A stretch of DNA of 60,829 nucleotides, the filler included, from Sphacelaria rigidula (lineage: Eukaryota), in NCBI GenBank assembly GCA_964200075.2. It is 9 parts of 9 records of this genome, joined end to end, with 100 filler letters (N's around TTAATTAATTAA, not from the genome) between each part and the next. Parts side by side here need not be neighbours in the genome. Positions count along the whole stretch, not along the records: positions 47,391 to 54,060 come from CAXNAA020018730.1; positions 54,161 to 60,829 come from CAXNAA020018731.1; 7 more parts are not named here. One strand, written 5' to 3'. How positions within the stretch are numbered: position 1 is the first letter of the stretch; each line of letters opens with the position of its first letter. The notes beneath the pieces were generated by a model. The model searched no databases. It was not told the DNA's origin and was given only the letters and a program-made list of their open reading frames with translations. A program made the translations under genes and the position numbers. Of the stretch, positions 51,424-60,829 are shown in pieces.

Positions 51424-54400
51424 CGAAACACACTTGGGACGATGATGTAGGCGAAAGCATGACAAATTAGGGTTAGCGGCGGGAGATGACCGCAGGGAAT
51501 TATGGCTCAAAACGACGGACAGAGCGATATGATGTGTAATCTTTCATTATGCAGCATGTACTCCGTCAGGGTGGGTGTTCCGCTTACTTACGTATGTGTC
51601 AGTAACGCCGTTAGGAACTCCCAATTTTATTTATTATGCATGTGTGTGTAAGTAACGCCGTCAGGAACTCCAATTTTATTTTCGAGGAGGGGAACTGAGG
51701 AAATGTACGTGAACAATGGCTGGTACCATGGAGATGCCGTCAACCCTAACGCTAACCCTCACCCTCACCCCGACCAAGGCATACCGAGAACCGTCGGGCA
51801 AGGGGGGTGGGGTGCGAAGTGTTCTCTGGGCCAAGTGTGCGTTGCCAGAGCTCAAATCGATCCCTTTCAGCCGATTTTGGACCAAAACACGTTTTGGACG
51901 TGCTGGGTCTACTGCTCACCACTGCTCACCTGCCCCAGACCATACATTTTATCATAACTTTCTTCAGCCTGGATTCAAGTGAAATCGAGTACCAATCATT
52001 GTTTACGTACATTTCGTAAGGTCTACTGTTTTCGAGACGATGGGACGCCAATTCATGTAAGCCCCTTGGCTCCTCGATGTAAGGGGTCACACACATATTT
52101 TACTACAATTATCCACATTTTTCAAGGGAAAGCAAGCCGAGTACCGCAATTTCCTTGCCTCCGGCGGCGCTCCCGCCCCTGTTCGGTAATCGATGATGAT
52201 CTCGGCAACTCATCTCTCATTGGCTAGGGCTCATGGCCCGGGAATGATGGCGTGGAGGTAGAGAACAAAGGGTGTGACCCTCGAGGGGATCAACAACTCC
52301 CACCTACAACGCCGAAAACCACACATCAAGCCAATCTCCCGCGGGCCGTACGATTCCCGCGGGACATTCTCCGTCTTGTTCTGGATAACGTTTTTTTCTA
52401 CAGAGACTTCCAAAAAAGCATATCTTACAATACCCCGAAATATATCTGCGGATGTATAACTGACCGGTGTACGAATATCCTCCCTCGGGCATTTGCTACA
52501 TCAACAAGTAGTTTTCTTTGATCAACTCTCAGAACTCTCAACGTATATATATATATATATATATATTGCTTCACTTAATATCCAACGAAAAATTGTTTAA
52601 AATATGAGCGTGTTTCCCGTCACTCAGTGCGTGTTCCAACGGTATCCTCTTTTTGTCCTCCACTAACTCCCTAGGAAAATGATGATGAATATCTATACGC
52701 TTCCCTAACAGGAATTATCATCATACTTGCGACACTTTCTACGAAACAACACTCAAACTCAATCGAGAACATGGGACCGGATGCTGTACCAAGCACTCAC
52801 CGTCAGGTAAGATTCGAATGTCGAATGGGAGCATCACCCCTCTCCCAATCAATGACAGTAACGCGCCCCGTACTGCTTGGAATACAACAGGAATAAAAAA
52901 AAATGTCTTCTGAATGACACTTCCCTCCATACTCTGTAATACCTTACGCAAATACTGGGGCCGACAAGAAGAGCACGCCCTCTCGAAGAGTGCTCCTCTG
53001 CCTACCCTGTACTTCAACCCTTCGACTCATGACCGCGGGGGGGATACCCGAATTTCAGCAACAGAAATTATACATCATTACTTCACTCGAGACTATCTCT
53101 CTTTTGGCTGCTACTTCGTTGCTAACTTCTAACCAAGATGAAAGAGGTCGTCCTTCAAGCCGTTCATGTATACGGCTTTTCGTTCGCGTGGCATGCAAAC
53201 ACTAGCAATTTTCGGGGGGGGAACACCAGTGTTTTTTGGATTTTTGGTCCAAAAATCACCCAAATTGCAACTCGACTTATATTATACGGGACATTTTCCC
53301 GCCTGAAAATTGAAATTCAAAATAACTCATGACTTGTTAGTGGAACATTGTGTGTATTCCTTTTCAATAATATGGAGGCGATGTGTTTGGAGAATAGGCG
53401 CCCCAACACAGCACACCCGGCGTCTGATGAAGCTGAAAGTTGAAGTCGAACTTAGGTGTCGACGCAGCAGTTGCGATCAGATGCGTTTTAAGCGCCGCGT
53501 GTCCTGAAACAATGATTTTGCACGACGCTGAAGCTATTCCGACAACTAGAACACTTTCTAATGACAGTTGTAAAGGGTAATGATAGCAAACCCATGCGGA
53601 GCCAGGAGCATATCTTGCCAGCCTTGTTGTCTACATCGGCCCCCTGTCGGTCGAGGCTGGGACCAAGACGGGAAATGCTCAACAGTGGAGGTTCTCCATA
53701 TGTTAGAGGCAGATGCAGTTGGGGTTTAGGCGCCGTGTCGAGCAAGACGGGGTCGCGCAGTGTAGCTAAAGAGGAGAGTGTGTTCAGCCGAGGAGCACTG
53801 CGAACCTGATTCGGCAGCGGGCAACGCCTCTTTTCCCACAGTGCCAGACTTGCCGTTCTCCTTATTACGGCGGCGTGAGAATGATAGAGGAGGTTGTCAT
53901 AGTTTTCTTCTGCAATACAGCATAGCATACGGAAATGGACCAGCCACGAATAATTCAAACGCAATTTTGCTGTTCAATTTCAAGTTGTTTTCGATGAAAT
54001 TTGGACACGATGTACAGGACGTATGTGCGAAGACCCCATCTTACTCCCCACCCCCCTCCGNNNNNNNNNNNNNNNNNNNNNNNNNNNNNNNNNNNNNNNN
54101 NNNNTTAATTAATTAANNNNNNNNNNNNNNNNNNNNNNNNNNNNNNNNNNNNNNNNNNNNCCTAGCTCTCTTTTGGGGCGTAAAACGACGCAAAAGCTCC
54201 AAAAATACATCTTTCCGGGTTTATATTTTTGTCTATTATAAGAAGCGGCCTCAGCGAGTGTGTCAGTTTTGTTTTTCCTGGGTACATCCATTATGAAACC
54301 ACGGCTGGACCCCTGGGGGGTCAGTTAAAGTGCGACGATCAATCAAAGTAAAAAATGCACACACACATGCATATACATGAATACATACATATGTCGAATC

Positions 54401-55921
54401 TTCTGAGGTTAGCCGTATGTATTCTCTTTCTTTTGTATTATTTATTCCTGTTTTGCTTGTATCGCGTTCTGTGAGTATTCATTCTGGGTCTATTTTTTAA
54501 TTTTTTTATTTCCTCATACCTTATCATAGGTAGCTAGCCTGTAACCATGGAAGGCGTCCGCATCAGATGCCCAGTACGAATGTACCACGCAGATGTCGGA
54601 ACGGTTTTCAATTTGAAGACAAAAACAACATATGTTAACACGTACATACATATTGTACATGCGTACGTACGTACGTACATACAGTACATACATACAAACG
54701 TAGATAAACCCCAAAAGTCGTGAGTCCAACAATTAATACAAAACACATGAATAAACGTGAAAATCATTGAATGGGTTGAATTGGAGGAGGGAGTTGCATG
54801 GCGGAGCAGGGGGGACATAGTCGTCCTAGGAGGGTGGTATCTTCCGTAGATTGGAGTGATGGTCTCCTGTCTTGGTCGTCTATATTCTGGAGAACTTATG
54901 GGCAGCGCGTCAAAATGTCTGCGATCACCTAGCTTAGAGTCGTGCAAGGCGAACTGTTACTCGAAAATTGAAGAGCAAAAATGTAATGCGCTGGAAATTC
55001 GGTGGAAACTCCGAATCCATCGTGGGAAATTCTGAAAAACGATCCTCCTTCAAGCGGATAATAACCATTCATACGTCCAACATGTCGAATTCGGCATTTT
55101 GCAACTATTCTATTTGATCAAAAAACCCATGCTAGAAATCAGTTATATGCAACATCAACCGACTGTCGTGGAGGGTAGATCTCATGTTCGTGAGAATCGT
55201 GTCACCAGTCGGTGCAAAGGCCACAAGAATGATTCAGCAATTACGACCGACGGGTGTTGGGAGTCAATCAATGGGTGAAAGTGATACCTCTATACCTGCT
55301 CCAGGGGTATATCCTTCGTACGCTACTGTCTGTGCGGGCGAAACCACTAGAGAACACCCCTCCCGAGCGTGTTTGAGAAGTGGATCAAACGATTTCCTCT
55401 CTCCGGATGTTTTTGATCCATGTGACCCCCCTGGGGCGGGTATAGTGGTATATGATGATCATTTTGGCGGAGCCTTTTTTTCATTATTTGGTGGTGCTAA
55501 ACCAACCGTGGTACAGCAACGGGTGACTGGAGTGATCAAGCGGCCAACGACGAAAGAGTCGCTCCATGATAATGGGCGAGAGGGGGGGGGGGGGGGTGGT
55601 ACTCATGATCATGCACGCCGTAGTCATAAGACCCTTGACCTTGCATCCCTACAAAGTCGGGACGGAGCACGCCGGGTTCTCGCCGGACCAGGCCTGCAAT
55701 TAATCACCCAGCGCGAAACAGCACTTGAGTCAGAATTGGGACAGCAAAAAACAAAGAGTGTGTGTTTCACCTACCTTTGGTTACGTGTATATTGTCACCA
55801 TGGTCGACTAGGTATCGGACACGTCAATGTGCGACAATCAGTCAGTTGGTCCGATCAAATGCGGTGTCACGATATTTCAGCTTGTGTTCCAACGAAGTCA
55901 CATCACCACTCGGTAGGTTAA

Positions 55922-56018
55922 CCCTTGGACAGCGAGAGTAGGTCATCTGCCGAATCGGCATCAATTTCACTTGAAAAATTATGCATGATCCAGAAAGACT
56001 ACCCTCGCGGTCTAAGGG
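55922..56018. mobile_element. 97-bp piggyBac-like MITE
   Basis: TTAA on both sides; TIRs cccttggacagcgagagtag / ctaccctcgcggtctaaggg. Confidence 0.8.
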
Positions 56019-56470
56019 TTAAAGAAAATTCTGGGGAATTTTTATGATTTCGCAGTAAGGCAAACCGCCACCCTCAAACCCCAACCAAGGCATACCGAGA
56101 ACCCTCTGGCAAGGAGGGTGTAAAGTGTGTATACCCCAGGCAGAGTGCACGTTGGTAGACCTCAACCGATTTCGACACGAACGCATTCTGCGCACGCTAT
56201 AATAGGAACACTTGGGACTGTCAGTCCCACGTTTTTCTTTTCCTTATCGAAGGAGGAAACCCAACCCAACACTTCACCAGCAAGCGATCGCAGGCGATCG
56301 CTAGCGAGTTCATGTGCCGATTACTCGAAGGCTCGTTTAGACCACCTCGCGGCAGTCACGTGGGGAAGGCGTCTCGAGCGGTGGCTCAAGGCAGTGTGGG
56401 GGATGCTCCGACTGATACCCCCCTTCAACTTGGCGCACTTCACAAAAGATCCGAATCTCGGTGTGTACAC

Positions 56471-56782
56471 CCCGGTGGTGTACCGGTCCGTCTGTCACCT
56501 TTAGAGGGAAGATAACGAGGGTTCGATTCCGGATTTGTTGAGCTTTTTTTCTTCGTAGTATCTGATTTCCACGTGAAAAGCGTGACAACGCGAGTAAAAA
56601 AAGAGTTATGGAGTGGGTTTGTTCGACGAGGGTTGACGCGGTGCGGGAGTGCTGACCCAATCCGCGAGACCAAAATTCAAGGCCTGTGCCGGGGAGAGAT
56701 GGGTGTGGATCCATTGAGACCGCGGACTCGTCCCGAGGAACGGAAGGGGTTTAAAGTGCGAAAAAAAAATCACTCGAATCAA
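56471..56782 (+). mobile_element. tRNA-derived SINE, family 2
   Basis: Head ccggtggtgtaccggt, B box gggttcgattcc, 3' end aaagtgcga plus A-rich tail. Other copies at 58430-58770 (-) and about 57895-58075 (partial). Confidence 0.75.
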
Positions 56783-56807
56783 GTAGGCCAAGTTTAACCT
56801 ACCAAGT

Positions 56808-56959
56808 GAGCAATGCCACGGTAGGGGTGCACTTTCTTTTTTTTTTCTGACGCTTTGCATTTGAGGAACCTCATCATGACAAATATCCCATCCGGGCCCT
56901 AGTGTGCAGCCTAAGAAATCTTCTTGACTGAAAAGTGCACTCTTACCTTGGCATCACTC
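56808..56959. mobile_element. Sola2-like MITE, short copy
   Basis: gagcaatgccacggtaggggtgcac / gtgcactcttaccttggcatcactc; TSD aagt/aagt. Confidence 0.8.
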
Positions 56960-57561
56960 AAGTGGTGACATCTCCTGGTGTCAACCAGTGGGCAGTTACT
57001 CGGAAGATGGAAAGATAAGGAGAATAACGAACGTCCGCACACAATACACTGCTTGAGAAGGAAGGAAATGGCGGTGCTGCGAATTCACCGCTTGACTTAA
57101 GCGCCACGATGAGGTCACGAGGGCCGTGTGTAGAAATAACACTTGTGTTTTTTCAGTTGGGGGGCCGCTGCTGCTGCTGCTGCTGTGCTCTCGAGTGTTT
57201 ATGTTTTTCTGGTTCTCTTCGTTGCGCTTCATTTTCATGTTCTACATGATACACACATACATTTTTTGTTGCTACGGTATATGTTTTTGTTCATTTGTTT
57301 CCACGCCCGTTACATTCCGCTGCTCGTTTTTTCTTGTTTTTTTTTTCGCTCCAGGTAGTAATGAACACCCACATGTTTTTTGTTTTTCCTCCTTTTGCCT
57401 CATCGGAGTAGTCAAAACCTCCTTGTTTTCATCATCTTTCTTTTTCGCTTCATCGGAGTAACTACTAGCCACTTTGTTTTTGTTTTTTTCGCTTCAGGGA
57501 GTAAAATCGATACCAACATTTGTTTTTTGTCCCACTTACCTCATTTTGTTGCCCTCGATAG

Positions 57562-57720
57562 GACGATGCGGCTTTGAAAGCTGCAGGGGCAGTAGCTTCC
57601 GGGGTGGCACTCTGCAGGGATCTCGTCAACGCCCCGCCGAACGTTCTTACGCCGGGATCTTTGGCGGATGTGGCGGTTCAGATCGCAAAGGAGCATGGAC
57701 TTGAGGCAGAGATTTTGGAG
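57562..57720 (+). CDS. Exon of leucyl aminopeptidase (peptidase M17)
   Basis: tag/gtgcgt boundaries, 53 codons: AVASGVALCRDLVNAPPNVLTPGSLADVAVQIAKEHGLEAEILE. Confidence 0.88.
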
Positions 57721-58429
57721 GTGCGTTTTCGTATAGTAGTAGTGTTCCGGGGGAGCCTTGTGGTTGTTGTCACTGTCAATGGTGATGTTGGCGTCATGCT
57801 GACTCTTTGGGGACTGGGGCTCACTAAACAACCAAAATCGCGGATTTTCTGGATGCCCTTGAGTAGATGGAGAATGGCGCATATTTGCCGAATCAACCAC
57901 GAAAGCGTGAGTACGTGAGTAAGTTGGTTTGAGGAAAGTTGACGCGGTGCGGGAATGTTGACCCAATCCGCGATCTTGTCAAAATGCAATGCGTGTACCG
58001 GGGCAGAGATGGATTGCTCTCCTGAGGCCACGAAGTCGTCCCGAGGAAGGGAGAGATTCAAGTTTTGACAAGAAAAAGTAGACAGTGATTGATTTGATGA
58101 TTGATTATCTCACATTAGCTGATTGCAACAATCCAGCCCGTGGTCAGGAGCAGCAAAAATAGAACAGAATGATGAAAGAAGAAAAACGAAAGAAAGGAAC
58201 AGAAAAATACAGAAGCAACGGCCTCAGAAAGGAAAGAAAGGGGGCCAGCGATAACAACAACAAACAACAACAACACCAACAACAACAACAAGAACAAAAT
58301 AACGACAAACACGTACACATACACAAAAACAAACACAAGCATGGTATGGAGTATGTATGGGGGTTTTGTTGTTATTTTGTCATATTTGTCATCATCGCAT
58401 GTGTTCACAACAGCGATACCGCCTATCCT

Positions 58430-58770
58430 TTATTTATTTACTTATTTATTGTTTATTCATTTTTGTCGCACTTTGAACCCCTTCCCTTTCCTCAGGACGA
58501 GTCCGTGATCTAACAGTCTCAAGGGATCAACCCATCTCTCCCCCGGTACACGCCTTGTATATTGGTCTCGCGGATTGGGTCATGACTATCAGCACTCCCG
58601 CACCGCGTCAACTCACGTCAAAGAAACTCAGTCGACTACTTTGTGTACTCACGTTCTCACGCTTTCCACGGTGGAAATCAGATACTAGGAAGAAAAAATC
58701 CACTGCACCGGGAATCGCACCCTCGTTCTCTCCACCCTAATGACGATAGCCGGACCATTGCACCAACGGG
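58430..58770 (-). mobile_element. SINE family 2 copy
   Basis: Reverse complement aligns with 56471-56782 and ends aaagtgcgacaaaaatg plus (TAAA)n. Confidence 0.75.
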
Positions 58771-60002
58771 ACGCGGCTATCCTGAGACCTTGGAGGACGA
58801 CAGGGCCTCCTGGATCAACCACCAAAACCAAAATTTAAGCATGATCGGAACTCCGACACGAGTAATGCGCGGCACATATCCAATGTCGTTTTTATTTGTA
58901 GCCTCAGTTTACATACTGCTATGGGTGTGAATGGGAGCCAATTTGGGGTATTATATTTCGGGGAAATGCGCACTGACCAATGTATGCGGAAGAAATCAAG
59001 CCTGCATGAGCCAATGAGTATCAATCACAAGTACACGCGTCACCTCGAAATGACCACGCTCATACATAATGTACCATTATTTTTGTATATTCTACAACAA
59101 ACCTGTGACTGATGTTGCTGTACAGATGTACACAGTGTCACGATAACAGGAGGATGGAAGCTGCTGCTCGTGTTGTTGTTGTTGTTGTGCCCTTCTCGTT
59201 GGAGTATGTTGTCGTGCCAGTCTTTCAACGCGGTTATCTCAGCAAAGCGGAGGATCGGACTGCGGTTTGTTGCGTGCGCTCCCCACACACCCAATCTAGG
59301 TCGCGCCGTTACGCGATTGCCTTCGCGCGTGACACTAAGCCGCACCGAATCAAAATGTACAAAAATAACATTTTTTTTCATTTCCTAGGGCTTGTCGGGT
59401 TCGCTGTGGCGAATTGAGCAAATGGGGTAGTGGCTCGGCCTAGCTGTTGTGTTCTTGCGGGGGGCTGTGAGGCGCTGCAGGCCGGCTTGCTTCCTGTGTA
59501 GAGAAATTCGCGATGAAAAGTGTTATAACTGTCGCGTGTGTTGTGTCCGTGTTCTGCTCGGCAGAGGTGCCACCACGTGATGACGCGTTCATTATTCCTC
59601 CATTTTTATTTCTCGTTTTTTTCGGAATGGCGCTTTTTTGGTCATTAGGCCCCTCATTCACACTCATGACTGTACGGAGTGGAGGATCGTTGTTTCTACT
59701 GACACCTTTCCACACGTCGGACAGCTCATGAGCTACCTAAATATTACTTCTTATTAGTGTACTGATCCGGATCACGAGCTAGCTCATGTGATCGTTTTTT
59801 CCATATTTTCTCCCTACAGCGCTGGACACCGAGCACGCGGAGAAGCGTAAAGGTAGCGCTTTGGCTTCTCGGGCCCTGCTGTCACGTAGTTTGTGTTTTT
59901 GGATGAGCAATCTGAAAGTCCCCTTCGATTCGTTATTCTCGGTAGCTCATGAGCTGTCCGACGTGTGCACCTTTCAACTGAGCACGTGTTCTTGAAAATT
60001 TC

Positions 60003-60226
60003 CAAGGGTCTACACGTTACACTCGTTACGTTCACGTTTCACGTCAAAAGTCGTCAAAAATCAAGCGAGGCTAGTACTACTGTGGGGGACTACGTGGGGA
60101 GCCCTGATTTGAGTTGATTTTTAAACAGGGCTCCCGATGTGGTCCCCGTCCCCCACCGTAGAACTAACCTCGCTTAAGCTTTGACGTGAAACGTGACACG
60201 TAACGAGTGTGACGTGTAGGCCCTTG
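60003..60226. mobile_element. Palindromic MITE, possibly hAT-type
   Basis: caagggtctacacgttacactcgttacg / cgtaacgagtgtgacgtgtaggcccttg; imperfect 8-bp flanks aaaatttc/aaaattca. Confidence 0.7.
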
Positions 60227-60829
60227 AAAATTCAGAGCCTAAAGTTCTCAACTGCCAACTTCTTAAGTTGTGGTGGTCGCATCACTACTCCCACTCCCCT
60301 TCGTTTCCTTATTATTATTTGTTTTTGAGTAAATCGATTTTTCCGTTGTACTGTATCCCTTTTTTGCTCACGTATACGAGCTGGGCCGGCAGTATAGTAA
60401 ATCCCACATTCTCTCTCCTCACCACAACTTCGCAAGTTTCCCAAATCAGCGCGACTTGAGCATATCGCTGTGAACTGCAGACTAACCTGGTAACACACGG
60501 CACTGTTGCTGCTGCTGCTGCTGCTTGATTGGCGCAATTTTGGCGATGATGTCATTGTACTGTATTGAGTACCGGGCACGTCTCTTGTCGTTGCGTGACA
60601 ACATGTCTGGAGACGTTTCGTTTCACAAAATGCGGTGGAATTACGATAGACCGTTGCGCCGCATAGGCACACGCACACGGACATGCACAAGTAAGAGCAA
60701 ACTGATGGTGCTGCAATATGGCATCGTCATAAGCTCCATCATGGGAGAGAACCTCCGAGCCAACCGTCGTGTATCACCGCACGGGGGAGAAGTACTACTT
60801 GAAACTGCGCGATAGACCTCCACCCACGC

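Noticed and set aside
53456..53507. Second exon of the Zn2Cys6 gene
   Set aside because: Splicing would give CxC spacing and an early stop, not the required CxxC-x6-C.
53561..53809. Possible non-LTR RT fragment
   Set aside because: Only a vague resemblance; no diagnostic motif is readable.
6715..54116. Regularly spaced TTAATTAATTAA as a biological repeat
   Set aside because: It is embedded in Ns with an exact 6770-bp period; a standard artificial linker.

Overview
Eukaryotic, intron- and repeat-rich DNA. It is most likely from a brown alga (stramenopile); this is an inference from the gene set, long GT-AG introns and TTAGGG-like tracts. The window is not contiguous genome: it is nine contigs of 6670 bp (the last 6669 bp) joined by eight 100-bp N/TTAATTAATTAA/N spacers, so nothing can be inferred across spacers. 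Spliced genes reconstructed by hand are a 2OG-Fe(II) oxygenase pseudogene (contig 1), a PUL-domain gene (contig 2, five in-phase exons), a degenerate ubiquitin-specific protease with an inverted duplicate of its His-box exon (contig 4), a TOG/HEAT (TOGARAM/CLASP-like) gene (contig 5), an LRMDA-like LRR exon (contig 7), the first exon of a Zn2Cys6 transcription factor (contig 8) and an M17 leucyl aminopeptidase exon (contig 9). The rest is mostly mobile DNA: RTE-like LINE, copia and hAT relics, tRNA-derived SINEs, many MITE families with readable TIRs and TSDs, and a very frequent poly-G-flanked repeat. I see no convincing complete novel system. The best leads are two coding-sequence fold-backs in contig 4, MITEs with 4-bp TSDs and unusual termini, and the poly-G repeat family.
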